Sequence record: AY692264.1
Strand: one strand, 5' to 3'
DNA: 64,000 bases
DNA from: Escherichia phage T5
In this document: piece after piece, positions 7,657-17,372 of the stretch
Layout of the letters: the number at the start of each line of letters is the position of its first letter
Position numbering within the stretch: position 1 is the first letter of the stretch
Translations under genes and position numbers: made by a program
Notes under the pieces: generated by a model
The model's database searches: none
What the model was told of the DNA's origin: nothing
What the model saw: the letters and a program-made list of their open reading frames with translations, nothing else

Positions 7657-8189
7657 TAATAAGTAACCAATTCCTGTACAAATCGCAGGCTGTTATCACT
7701 GTTTGCGCCAACTGCATAGACTAATCGAGTGGATTCATAGTTATAATCCAGTATCATACTATCTAGGTGTGTATCTGCTTCTAGTTTCTGCTCGCTAAAG
7801 ATTGTAGATACAAAAGCACTTTCAATATGCCCATGTTGGTACATTTCTAGAAGAAGATTAGCTCCACCTAGAACTACTGTTTGCTGATCTTTTAGAAAAG
7901 TAGGTAATGTATCACCTATCATTGATATGGGAGTGTAAATATCGTGTGTAATATCATCTGGCAGTGGACGATCAGCACGAATAAATAGGTCAGAAGCCCC
8001 AATCATACGTTCCCTAACGGCATATGGAAGAGCTAAATAAGTACCTGCCCCAATAATAATATTATCAGGATTTAGTACATCTAATTGTGAATAAAAAGCA
8101 TCTAGTTCTTCTTTAAAAGAACCCCAGGGAAGCTTACCTCGGAGGCCGAACTCCCCATTCGGCCCAACTGCATACATTGCTGTAATCAT
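7656..8189 (-). CDS. frd: dihydrofolate reductase
   Basis: 177 aa; N-terminal DHFR pattern (GPNGEFG..LPW); start overlaps thyA stop. Confidence 0.8.
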   Translation of the reverse strand: MITAMYAVGPNGEFGLRGKLPWGSFKEELDAFYSQLDVLNPDNIIIGAGTYLALPYAVRERMIGASDLFIRADRPLPDDITHDIYTPISMIGDTLPTFLKDQQTVVLGGANLLLEMYQHGHIESAFVSTIFSEQKLEADTHLDSMILDYNYESTRLVYAVGANSDNSLRFVQELVTY

Positions 8190-9331
8190 AGGAAATCTCC
8201 AAATTCATTGCCCAGATCTTTCAGAGTATCAGTAGAGGTCTCAGTTACCTGACCTACACGGTAGGCTGCACCAATCTGGATTTCTTGTGGAGCAGGCTGT
8301 AGAGAAGTAGTATCCAACCAGTTCATGATCCACGGAATAGGGTTTTTAGTGATTACTGGTAAGTGACTAGGCCATTCTACACCAATGTGCATAAATGCAT
8401 TACGCCCCACAAAGTACAAGTATTCTTCTAGAAGTTCTGCATTCAAACCAATCAGACTACGACCTTTGAAGATGAAATGACCCCATTCAATTTCAGTTTT
8501 CAGAGTTTTCAGGAGCTGTGCTGGTGCTTTAGCCACTGCTTCGTCTACCAGATCTTTGTCAAACTGCTGGAACATAATCTGGATGATTGCTTTAGACATC
8601 TGGGTGTGCAGAGCCTCATCTTTAGCAATTAATTGCAGATTTTTAGCAATACCTTGCAGAATATCGTTCTCTGCTAGAGCAAAAGTACATGCAAAGGATG
8701 CGTAGAACTGCATTGCTTCCAGACCGTAGATTGCAAAATAAGCGTCTAATAACTTAGCCTGAGTTTCACGTTTAACTTCAGGGAACTCAGTTTCTGGATA
8801 TGTATTGTCACCACGATGATCACGTACTGCGATGAAATACTGACCTAATTGGTACAGTTCATCGAACAGTTCAACAGAATCTGCGATACGTGCAAATGCT
8901 TCTTGGTTTTTAGTTACAGAATCAATAAATTCTGCTGGATCAGTCAGCACATTACGAATAATATTACTATAAGCACGACTATGCAGGTCTTCAAAATAGC
9001 TCCACTGCTTGAGCATACCTTCCAATTCTGGACGGCTTACAAGCGGCATAATAGCTGCTTCAGGCGCGCGACTAATGAAAGAATCTGTTTGAGTCTGCCA
9101 TGCTAAGTTCAGGAGTGTGATTTCCTGGATTTCACGTGGGAGATTGGGCCATTGTTTCTTATCTGCTTCCAGACTGATTTCAGTTTCAGTCCAAAATTGA
9201 GAGCGAGCTAATAACGCCAGCCTTTCTAGCTCTGGATGGGCTACTCGTACATAATCTGCAATACCAAGAGAATCACCGAGAAATAGATCTTTATTGGTAT
9301 GATCCCAGTTTAAGTTAAGTAAAGTTGTCAT
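8186..9331 (-). CDS. nrdB: ribonucleotide reductase class Ia beta subunit
   Basis: 381 aa; di-iron ligand motifs (DEALH); overlaps frd start by 4 nt. Confidence 0.9.
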   Translation of the reverse strand: MTTLLNLNWDHTNKDLFLGDSLGIADYVRVAHPELERLALLARSQFWTETEISLEADKKQWPNLPREIQEITLLNLAWQTQTDSFISRAPEAAIMPLVSRPELEGMLKQWSYFEDLHSRAYSNIIRNVLTDPAEFIDSVTKNQEAFARIADSVELFDELYQLGQYFIAVRDHRGDNTYPETEFPEVKRETQAKLLDAYFAIYGLEAMQFYASFACTFALAENDILQGIAKNLQLIAKDEALHTQMSKAIIQIMFQQFDKDLVDEAVAKAPAQLLKTLKTEIEWGHFIFKGRSLIGLNAELLEEYLYFVGRNAFMHIGVEWPSHLPVITKNPIPWIMNWLDTTSLQPAPQEIQIGAAYRVGQVTETSTDTLKDLGNEFGDFL

Positions 9332-9855
9332 TAGTTCTCCTGTTTATCTGTGTTTCTAAGTAGTGTTGGGTCTTTGGTTATAGAGAGAATTAAAGAATCT
9401 CGATACTCTATCGCCTCTTCTAGAGTTGGGAGAGTTTTCACATATTCTTTTCCGTTAATGGATTTTCTAACTTGAAATCCAGACCCTTTCTTCCGAATAT
9501 TCTTAGTACCCAATATATTGTTTTTACTGGTTTTTCTATTTTGACTATTTAACTGCCAGTCCGCTTCTCTTAGATTAGTCCACTTATAGTTTAGTGAATC
9601 TCCATCTATATGGTCAACCATAACTTTAGGTAAGTTTCCTGTCATGTACAGGAAAGCAATATTTTGTGCGGGATACTTCTTACCCTTGATTTGTATTACT
9701 AAGTCTTTTCGGTTAGGATCTACTGAGTGGGGTTTTAAACAGCCAGCAGGTAGTCCTCTTACTTTATTGTGTACTTCCTGGTTATTTAACCAAGTAAATG
9801 TTCCTTCATCTGGATTATACTCCAGAATCCTTTTTAATTCATCTTGTGTTATCAA
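9331..9855 (-). CDS. HNH homing endonuclease (AP2-like DNA-binding domain)
   Basis: VDHIDGDSLNYKWTNLREA HNH motif; sits between nrdA and nrdB; stop overlaps nrdB start (TAATG). Confidence 0.8.
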   Translation of the reverse strand: MITQDELKRILEYNPDEGTFTWLNNQEVHNKVRGLPAGCLKPHSVDPNRKDLVIQIKGKKYPAQNIAFLYMTGNLPKVMVDHIDGDSLNYKWTNLREADWQLNSQNRKTSKNNILGTKNIRKKGSGFQVRKSINGKEYVKTLPTLEEAIEYRDSLILSITKDPTLLRNTDKQEN

Positions 9856-9881
9856 AACTAATCTCCTTAACTAATGGAGAT

Positions 9882-9910
9882 ATTATAGCAAATCAGGTAG
9901 CGATTAGCAA
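9882..9910 (-). promoter_or_regulatory. sigma70-type promoter for HNH-nrdB-frd-thyA
   Basis: Reverse complement TTGCTA-17-TATAAT between nrdA terminator and HNH gene. Confidence 0.55.
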
Positions 9911-9920
9911 GTAAAATTTC

Positions 9921-9949
9921 AAAGAAAAAGGAGACCCGAAGATCTCCTT
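9921..9949 (-). terminator. rho-independent terminator after nrdA
   Basis: Hairpin AGGAGA-N8-TCTCCT flanked by T/A runs on both sides. Confidence 0.55.
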
Positions 9950-9957
9950 GTTTTTTA

Positions 9958-12288
9958 TTATAACTGGCAACCACCAGAAGCACAACCCGCTGCTTCTTCA
10001 CCAGCTCCTCCACCATTCGCAGTGTTGAAGTTTGCGTAGTACCAAGTCTTCCAACCATATTTAACAGCAGTCATGAAATCACGAACTACTACCGGGCCAG
10101 GAATGATTTCATTCTCAAACTTGGTGTAGTCATAGTACATATTAGTACTGATAGACTGGCTGAAGAATTTCTGCATAGTTGCTACCCATTTGATCCATTC
10201 AATACGATCTACATCATAAGCCAGTTTATAGCTCATTAACGTTTCCCAGTCGGTTGCACCTGGAGCAATTGCAATTACTTTATTCACTGCACTACCCTTG
10301 ATAGATACAATCTTACGGGGTGGTTCAATAGAGTTAGTAACCCCTAACAGAACGGAAGAACTTTCTCCCGGCATCTGCGCAGTCAGAACAGAATTACGCA
10401 TACCGTACTTCAGAATGTCTGCACGCAGAGATTCCCAATCCATTTCTAGACCTACGGATACCAACTCATCAACAGTTTTCTTATACGTGTCGATTACCAG
10501 GATTCCTTTGGATGGTTTAGTACGATTAAACCATTCACATGCACCTTGCTCTTTGGCTAGACGTACAGAGGCTTTATGCAGGAAGTAGGACAATTTTTCA
10601 GCTTCACGATGAATCCAGTTACGAGCCTCAATACCTTCATAAGCCAGACCTTCTGCTGCCATTGCACCTGCTGCGTTCATAAGGCCAATACCAACGTTAC
10701 GACGTTTCTTAGCTGTATATTCCATGGTCGGGAACGGATAGTCCTGAATTTCAATAATTGTATCAACGAATTTCAGGAGGATGTAGCAAGTTTTTTCCCA
10801 CTCAGCCAGAGATTCCATGCGTCCAAGTACAACACCACCTAAGTTACACAGAGATACTTCACCAATATCCTCCGGCTTCATTTGATCAAGTTGTTCTTTT
10901 GTTTTATACAGTTCCGTGATATGATGGAACGGGCGTGTAGGTTGAGTAATTTCAACACAAAGGTTTGTCATACGGATCGGATCAAGGAAGTTACCGTGAC
11001 GATTAGATTCCCCGATGTGGTGAGCATACATACGTCCTGTTTCCATTCGGATACGTAGCCAAGTATCTAGGATTTCTTTTGCAGAGACTTTAGGAGCTGT
11101 TGGAACTGTTTTTCCTTCGTGGTCGATCTTTGTAAGAGATGCCACACGTTTCTCCGCTGCCACATAGATTTCTTCAAATTTAGCCTCGTCATCACTATAA
11201 AACGCTTCATGAACTTCTGGAGCATAGAAGTATGACATTAGCGTAATATCTTCATTTTTCAGATAACGTTTTAACAAAAGATTGTTGAAGCTCAGGGAAT
11301 AATCCATCTTATCGATTTTATTCTCATCTGTAGCACGTTGTTGCTTAACCTGCATCAATTGAATGATTTCAGGGTCAAAGTATGGATAAGATACTGTAGC
11401 AGAACCACCACGAGTTTGCTGAGTATTAGCCTTTACTGATCGGTCAATGTGTCGATAATATGGCAGTTTTCCGGAATGCGGGAATGCCCCATTTCGCACC
11501 GGATCAGCAATTGATCGGCTTTCAAGATGATACCCGATTCCCGCTCTGGCTGCGACCATTTTGAAAACGATGTGCTCGGCTGTGTCGATTGAATCCAATG
11601 TGTCAGTGGAATCCACGAGGCAGCAACTAGCAAATCCACGGTCACTAGAGCGCAAGCCAACCAATGGCGGCGTAGGAACGTTGATTTTGTGGAGCGACAT
11701 TGCATTGTAGAGATCGATTGCATCTAGAATTGTCCAGTTGGGTTGAGATAACATCGCCATTGCCATACCCATATAGGCAAATTGCGGAGTTTCGTAAATT
11801 TCGCCAGTTGCGATATTACGACGGGAATACTTATCAAAGAATTGTTTCAATCCTCCGCTAGTGAAAAGACGGTCACGATCATGGTCAATAACCTGATTCA
11901 AAGCCTCAAACTGCTCATCGGTAATCCATGCACTCATGTCTTCCCATGCACCTACACTAACCATATGATCGTGGAAGAAGCGTAGAGAAGGTGGTTCGAA
12001 GGAATCATAAAGACGTTTACGCATCTGCGCAAGACGTAATTCCTTTGCTGGCACGTCGTATGCTGGATTATCTTTAATAAGACTTTCAGCAGCCTTAATT
12101 AAAGCATCCATCAGAGTATCGGAATCTACAACCCCTTTAGGCAGAGTTTTTTGAGCAGCCATAGTAATGGCAGACCAACTTACATCAACTGTTTTACAAC
12201 CATACTCTGCCCAACCATTGAGTTTTTCAGGAGCAAAGTCTTCTACAGTACCGTCACGTTTAATTACTTTTTCAATGCGATGGCTCAT
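9958..12288 (-). CDS. nrdA: ribonucleotide reductase class Ia alpha subunit
   Basis: ATP-cone start VIKRDG, active-site NLCVEI; start moved to MSHRIEK with AAGGAAAAC RBS (track start 12393). Confidence 0.9.
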   Translation of the reverse strand: MSHRIEKVIKRDGTVEDFAPEKLNGWAEYGCKTVDVSWSAITMAAQKTLPKGVVDSDTLMDALIKAAESLIKDNPAYDVPAKELRLAQMRKRLYDSFEPPSLRFFHDHMVSVGAWEDMSAWITDEQFEALNQVIDHDRDRLFTSGGLKQFFDKYSRRNIATGEIYETPQFAYMGMAMAMLSQPNWTILDAIDLYNAMSLHKINVPTPPLVGLRSSDRGFASCCLVDSTDTLDSIDTAEHIVFKMVAARAGIGYHLESRSIADPVRNGAFPHSGKLPYYRHIDRSVKANTQQTRGGSATVSYPYFDPEIIQLMQVKQQRATDENKIDKMDYSLSFNNLLLKRYLKNEDITLMSYFYAPEVHEAFYSDDEAKFEEIYVAAEKRVASLTKIDHEGKTVPTAPKVSAKEILDTWLRIRMETGRMYAHHIGESNRHGNFLDPIRMTNLCVEITQPTRPFHHITELYKTKEQLDQMKPEDIGEVSLCNLGGVVLGRMESLAEWEKTCYILLKFVDTIIEIQDYPFPTMEYTAKKRRNVGIGLMNAAGAMAAEGLAYEGIEARNWIHREAEKLSYFLHKASVRLAKEQGACEWFNRTKPSKGILVIDTYKKTVDELVSVGLEMDWESLRADILKYGMRNSVLTAQMPGESSSVLLGVTNSIEPPRKIVSIKGSAVNKVIAIAPGATDWETLMSYKLAYDVDRIEWIKWVATMQKFFSQSISTNMYYDYTKFENEIIPGPVVVRDFMTAVKYGWKTWYYANFNTANGGGAGEEAAGCASGGCQL

Positions 12289-12432
12289 TTGGTTTTCCTT
12301 TTTATAGTTATCAAGATTTAGGAAATAGTTTACTTTATTCTCAGTCATTTGGCAAATAAAATTTTCTGATAGAAAAGGCCCGAGTATTTTCATACCCAGG
12401 CCTTCTGTGTTGTCAGTCTAGTTTTTGGCCAC

Positions 12433-12630
12433 TTAAGTTCTCAGCAGAATATCTATTGAGGTACTTAGTTCATTATAATTGAAGGGCCGATTTGGATTTG
12501 AGGTTACAATTTTCCACGCTAGGGTAGTCTTAGGACTTTCTTCCCCTTCCTTACGTGTAATCATATTAGCAGCACTCAATGAGGTACGGTGAATTTTAGT
12601 TTTTCGGTGTAGATGTACAACGTTTCCCAT
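12433..12630 (-). CDS. hypothetical protein (66 aa)
   Basis: Track ORF trimmed to MGNVVHLH start with GGGGAAGGTG RBS just after phoH stop. Confidence 0.4.
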   Translation of the reverse strand: MGNVVHLHRKTKIHRTSLSAANMITRKEGEESPKTTLAWKIVTSNPNRPFNYNELSTSIDILLRT

Positions 12631-12631
12631 A

Positions 12632-13393
12632 TTACACCTTCCCCATGTCTTTAAAAATATCGTAGAATGCTTTAGACTCAGCAGAACGAACGTTATCAAT
12701 TAATTCGATCATTGAGAATGGAGCATTTTCATATTTCTCATAAACTTCCATAAGAAGTGCTAGACCTGAGTCACCTTTAATGTCTTTCTGAGCTATATCT
12801 CCGCAGATAATTAAACGGCAGTCTTGTCCTACACGAGTTAGTAGACAAACCATTGCCTCAACGGAAATATTCTGAGCTTCATCGACAATTACATAGGAGT
12901 TGTTGAAAGTTCTGCCACGAGCATGTTCTATAGCCAAAAATTTAATTTTCTGACGTTCGACATATCCCTTATAGGCATGATCACCGATGGCCCATTTCAT
13001 ACCATCAGCTATTGGCTCCAACCAAGGCTCTAGCTTTTCTGCTAGATCACCAGGAAGCATACCAAGAGACTTACCTAGAGGTTCATTAGGACGTACGAGA
13101 ATCACTTGCTCAATATCTGAGTGAATGTCTACGAGTTCCTGAGCTGCAAGAACAGACGGGATAAAGGTTTTACCAGTACCCGGCTCACCAATACCCACAG
13201 TCACTGTATTGTTCTTGATCATATTGATATATGATTTTTGCTCTCGGTTTTTACCTACTAGGGATTTAGCAACTGGATTAGCGTAATCATTAGAAAAATC
13301 AGCCTGAATTACGTTATTCTCATATTTGTTGCCACGCTTTCTTGAACCATTACGGTTCTCTCTTTTTTGACGTGCTTTTCCCATAAATAACAC
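12632..13393 (-). CDS. phoH: PhoH-like ATPase
   Basis: Walker A GEPGTGKTF and PhoH-like pattern; start may be the internal Met 9 nt downstream. Confidence 0.85.
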   Translation of the reverse strand: MLFMGKARQKRENRNGSRKRGNKYENNVIQADFSNDYANPVAKSLVGKNREQKSYINMIKNNTVTVGIGEPGTGKTFIPSVLAAQELVDIHSDIEQVILVRPNEPLGKSLGMLPGDLAEKLEPWLEPIADGMKWAIGDHAYKGYVERQKIKFLAIEHARGRTFNNSYVIVDEAQNISVEAMVCLLTRVGQDCRLIICGDIAQKDIKGDSGLALLMEVYEKYENAPFSMIELIDNVRSAESKAFYDIFKDMGKV

Positions 13394-13457
13394 TCCTATA
13401 GTGTACTTCGCTAACAGAGGATCAACAAAAAGATCTTGTTTATCAACTTACAAATAT

Positions 13458-13486
13458 ATTATACCAATATATACAGTAAAAAGCAA
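13458..13486 (-). promoter_or_regulatory. sigma70-type promoter for phoH
   Basis: Reverse complement TTGCTT-17-TATAAT. Confidence 0.55.
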
Positions 13487-13696
13487 CTACAATTTTAAAT
13501 AAGCCTATGATATTGCATTTAAATAAAAAATTTGCTTGCTTTTAATGGGAAATGTGTGGTATTAGATAATCATTTTATACCGCGTACATAGGCGCAGGAT
13601 TATACTATTTTAAGTACAAAATAGCAAATAAATTTTTTAACAATTTGCTAACCTTTTAGCACAGATCAAAATACAACATCTAAGAGAAAAATTATA

Positions 13697-13725
13697 TTGA
13701 CATCTGCCCTTGAATAAGCTATAAT
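13697..13725 (+). promoter_or_regulatory. consensus sigma70 promoter for nrdD
   Basis: TTGACA-17-TATAAT, perfect consensus hexamers. Confidence 0.65.
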
Positions 13726-13754
13726 AGTAGTCTTAGTTAGAGAAGGAGGGTATA

Positions 13755-15629
13755 ATGAATCGCAATGATGAACTAAAATACAAGGAAATGCAGTCCTTGA
13801 TTAGAAACTGCAAAGAAATTATTGAGGGTTCTGCTGATGAAGAGCTTCTCTTTAATAATGCGAATAAACCCTCTGAGCGTTTCCCTACACAAAGGGATAT
13901 GCTTGCAGGGGAATTGAGTAAATATCTGATTCTAGAAGAAATGCCAGTTCAGATTCGAAATGCTCATATGATTGGAGATATTCATTTCCATGATGCTGAC
14001 TACGCTGCATTAGGCATGACTAACTGTTGCCTAGTAGCTCTAGAAGATATGTTGAAAAATGGTATGAAAGTTGGTAATGCTGAAATTAGTACACCAAATT
14101 CTATTACTACTGCGGCGGCTATTACAGCTCAAATTATCACACAGGTTAGCTCCCATCAGTATGGTGGTACTTCTGTAGACCGATTAGATGAAGTATTGGC
14201 CCCTTATGTTCGTAAGTCTTATGATAAGAATCATGCGTTTGCAAAACGTTGGACTAAGGATGAAGCCAAAGCATCAGTAATGGCTACGGAGATGACTGAA
14301 AAAGAAGTCTATGATGCTTGTCAGGGTCTAGAGTATGAGATCAATACGATGTTCAACTCTAATGGTCAGAGTCCATTTATTACTTTTGGTTTTGGTCTAG
14401 GAACTTCTTGGGAAGCACGTCTAATACAGAAAGCAATACTGAAAGTACGTATGGATGGCTTAGGCATCAATAAACGTACAGCTATCTTTCCGAAACTGGT
14501 GTTTGTTCTGCGTGATGGCGTAAATATGAAGCCTGGAGATGTTAATTATGACATCAAGAAGTTAGCTATGAAATGTACTGCTGAACGTATGTATCCAGAC
14601 TATATCAGCTATGATAAGGTTGTGGAAGTTACTGGTGACTATAAAGTTTCTATGGGCTGCCGTTCATTCTTAGCTGCTACAGAAGATGGTGAAACTGCCG
14701 GTCGTAATAACTTGGGTGTTGTTTCTGTAAACTTGCCTAGAATTGCTATCGAAGCTGAAGGGAATATTGATCTATTCTTTGATTTGCTTGAGCTACGTGT
14801 GGATACAGCGTTAAAAGCATTGGAGTGGAGAGTTGATCGCTTAAAATACATTCAAGCTAAAGCCGCACCCATCCTCTATATGTCAGGGGCCTTTGGATTA
14901 CGCTTAGGGCCTGATGAATATGTATTCGATCATTTCTATAACCGTGCTTCTGTATCTCTGGGGTATATTGGTTGCCATGAAATGCTACAGTTCATGTTTG
15001 GCAAAGATGTAGATACAATGTCTGAGACCTGCATCAAGTTTGTTCAGCGTGTATTGCAGTACATGCGGGATAGGGTCGATCAGAAGAAGGAAGAGACTAA
15101 GTTAGGTTATAGCCTGTATGCTACACCATCAGAGTCCCTATGTGATCGCTTCTGTCGTCTAGACCGTGAATATTTTCCGGAGCATGAAGATATTCTGTCC
15201 AAAGGATACTACACTAACTCTCACCACCTTGATGTGGAACGTAAAGTTGCTCCTAACGTGAAATTTGATTACGAATCTAACTTTACTCCGATTGCTTCTG
15301 GTGGGTGTATCTCTTATGTAGAACTACCAGATATGAAACGATTCCCAGATGCACTGGAATGGGTTATTAATTATGCTGCTAGTAAGGTTCATTACTTCGG
15401 TATTAATACTCCAGTGGATTCCTGTGGTAAATGTGGATTCTTAGGTGAAACAGTAGCATCCGAAGATGGATTTAAGTGCCCTATCTGTGGTAATCATGAC
15501 CCTGAAACTCTTGAAGTAACTCGTCGAGTTTGTGGGTATCTTGGAAATCCAGGTGCTCGTCCGTTTAACCCAGGAAAACAACATGAGGTTATGGGCAGGG
15601 TGAAACATCAGGATATTCGAGCTAAATAA
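13755..15629 (+). CDS. nrdD: anaerobic ribonucleotide reductase (class III)
   Basis: 624 aa; C-terminal Zn site CPICG and glycyl-radical motif RVCGYLG; GGAGGG RBS. Confidence 0.85.
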   Translation: MNRNDELKYKEMQSLIRNCKEIIEGSADEELLFNNANKPSERFPTQRDMLAGELSKYLILEEMPVQIRNAHMIGDIHFHDADYAALGMTNCCLVALEDMLKNGMKVGNAEISTPNSITTAAAITAQIITQVSSHQYGGTSVDRLDEVLAPYVRKSYDKNHAFAKRWTKDEAKASVMATEMTEKEVYDACQGLEYEINTMFNSNGQSPFITFGFGLGTSWEARLIQKAILKVRMDGLGINKRTAIFPKLVFVLRDGVNMKPGDVNYDIKKLAMKCTAERMYPDYISYDKVVEVTGDYKVSMGCRSFLAATEDGETAGRNNLGVVSVNLPRIAIEAEGNIDLFFDLLELRVDTALKALEWRVDRLKYIQAKAAPILYMSGAFGLRLGPDEYVFDHFYNRASVSLGYIGCHEMLQFMFGKDVDTMSETCIKFVQRVLQYMRDRVDQKKEETKLGYSLYATPSESLCDRFCRLDREYFPEHEDILSKGYYTNSHHLDVERKVAPNVKFDYESNFTPIASGGCISYVELPDMKRFPDALEWVINYAASKVHYFGINTPVDSCGKCGFLGETVASEDGFKCPICGNHDPETLEVTRRVCGYLGNPGARPFNPGKQHEVMGRVKHQDIRAK

Positions 15630-15637
15630 GCTAATCA

Positions 15638-15670
15638 GCCAGGTTGCTAGTCGACCTGGCTTTTATTTTA
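15638..15670 (+). terminator. rho-independent terminator after nrdD
   Basis: Hairpin GCCAGGT-N9-ACCTGGC followed by TTTTATTTTATTT. Confidence 0.7.
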
Positions 15671-15671
15671 T

Positions 15672-15700
15672 TTGCTTTCAGCTAAAAATATATGTATAAT
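15672..15700 (+). promoter_or_regulatory. sigma70-type promoter
   Basis: TTGCTT-17-TATAAT followed by conserved leader ATAAATTTGAGGAGG. Confidence 0.6.
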
Positions 15701-15729
15701 AGATTTATAAATTTGAGGAGGTAGGAATT

Positions 15730-16110
15730 ATGACTTTAAAACCGTATATAGTGGAGTCTACGTGTGGTGGTTTCCACCTGGGTGTGGATGATATTGCTGA
15801 GGCTGTCTTTGCTGCCACAGGTGATTACTCTCATATAGAGGGTGCTGGATACCCCACCGTTATTGGTGATTGGGTGGAAACAAATCTAGATGTATCGCCT
15901 TATAACCCGTATTGCTTGTTTGATGAAGATAGAGATGAGGTAAAGTGTAATCTTGAATTTGTGTATAATAGAGTATTAAAAGTATACCAACGTAGTCCCG
16001 ATGGGTACGAAGATATTACTTGTAGTATTAAACAGTATCTTAAAGATGTATACTCTAGTTTTTCTGACGAAGACCTAGAAACAGTTGCAGTGGAGTTTAA
16101 TAATGACTAA
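15730..16110 (+). CDS. hypothetical strongly acidic protein (126 aa)
   Basis: Asp/Glu-rich, four Cys; own consensus promoter and GAGGAGG RBS. Confidence 0.6.
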   Translation: MTLKPYIVESTCGGFHLGVDDIAEAVFAATGDYSHIEGAGYPTVIGDWVETNLDVSPYNPYCLFDEDRDEVKCNLEFVYNRVLKVYQRSPDGYEDITCSIKQYLKDVYSSFSDEDLETVAVEFNND

Positions 16111-16336
16111 GAATGTGAAACACCTTAAATATCGCTTAATCTATAACGGACGTATGGAAACGGAAGAGCTAGCTCAATTAGCTATTAATTCTAATGAGGT
16201 TATGGTGCGTGCGCTAGCAATTGAAAAGTTGCGGGCTTCTTATGAAAGTCGTATTATGGAATTAGAGGAGAAACTTTATGGACTTCTTGAATCAGAAGCT
16301 AAAAGTAGTCCAGAGGGCGAGACTTCTAATCAGTAG
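16103..16336 (+). CDS. hypothetical protein (77 aa)
   Basis: Start at MTKNVKHL with GGAG RBS; overlaps previous stop by 8 nt. Confidence 0.5.
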   Translation: MTKNVKHLKYRLIYNGRMETEELAQLAINSNEVMVRALAIEKLRASYESRIMELEEKLYGLLESEAKSSPEGETSNQ

Positions 16337-16390
16337 TGGAGTAATTTTACTCCAAAATATTATCTAGGGGTTCAAGAGAGGAATCATATA

Positions 16391-17209
16391 ATGCGTAGGC
16401 TAATTATTATTAGTGGTGCAGGTTTGAGTGTTGAAAGTGGTGTACGAGCCTTCCGTACGGATACTGCTAGTGGTAAAGCATTGTGGGATGATTATGATCT
16501 AGAAGAGGTATGTAATATTCATGCCTTTCGTGGTAACTTTTATCATAAAACCCATATGTTTTACAACAAGCGACGTGAAGAGCTAAAAACTGTTGAACCT
16601 AATCTTGCGCATCTTCGTATTGGTGAATGGTATAAGAAATATCCGGGTCAAGTAGTAAATTTGACTACTAACGTTGATGACCTTATTGAGCGTGCTGGTG
16701 TTCCGCATAGTGACATTCTGCATATTCATGGGTATTTAAAAGAGGTTGTTGTAGCTGACAGCTACAATAGTAGCAATAAACGAGTTATTGATGTAGGGTA
16801 CAATTCTATTGACCCAGATGATTATAAATGGGTTAAACCTAATGTAATCTTCTTTGGTGAGCATGCTCCAGCGTACACAGAAATGTATAATATTTTTGAT
16901 GGTATTACCAGTCAAGATATGATCGTTGTAGTTGGTTGCTCTAACCAAGTAATTAACTTCTACTGGGAATTATTCCCTATTCTTAACCGTACTGCTGCGA
17001 AACTTATGGTAGTTAACTACTATGATAGTGCCCTAGCATCGAAACCAGGCTATCAAGGTATGACTCGTAGTGATATGTACCAACTGGAAGATCGTGGTAT
17101 TCCTTACTGGAGTAAAGGTGCGGTAGATGCTTTCAGTGATCCTGGTTTTATTGCTCGTGTAGAAGCTCATCTAGAGGGTAGACCTTATGTGTCAGGAAGT
17201 AAGAAATAA
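16391..17209 (+). CDS. Sir2-family (sirtuin-like) NAD-dependent protein
   Basis: GAGLSVESGVRAFR matches the sirtuin Rossmann motif GAGxSxxSGIPxFR; TTNVDDL matches the NAD-binding TQNIDxL motif. Confidence 0.75.
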   Translation: MRRLIIISGAGLSVESGVRAFRTDTASGKALWDDYDLEEVCNIHAFRGNFYHKTHMFYNKRREELKTVEPNLAHLRIGEWYKKYPGQVVNLTTNVDDLIERAGVPHSDILHIHGYLKEVVVADSYNSSNKRVIDVGYNSIDPDDYKWVKPNVIFFGEHAPAYTEMYNIFDGITSQDMIVVVGCSNQVINFYWELFPILNRTAAKLMVVNYYDSALASKPGYQGMTRSDMYQLEDRGIPYWSKGAVDAFSDPGFIARVEAHLEGRPYVSGSKK

Positions 17210-17372
17210 TGAATGGGATATTTTCATAACTGAGTCTGGCACTTGGTGCTATAGATTTGCCTATAGGTTTCCTAGTGTAAGAAAACGGCTGGGATACACA
17301 TATAAAATTATCTACACTACAGATAATATATGGTTATCCTCTGGAGATGAGGGGAAACAGATATGTCCATAG
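17187..17372 (+). CDS. small Cys-containing protein (61 aa), paralog of next ORF
   Basis: GAGGGT RBS; shares DIF..G.WCYR motif with 17363..17545. Confidence 0.4.
   Translation: MCQEVRNNEWDIFITESGTWCYRFAYRFPSVRKRLGYTYKIIYTTDNIWLSSGDEGKQICP

Noticed and set aside
9867-10058. 63-aa minus-strand ORF overlapping the nrdA 3' end
   Set aside because: Different frame of the nrdA terminus running into terminator and promoter sequence; no independent support.
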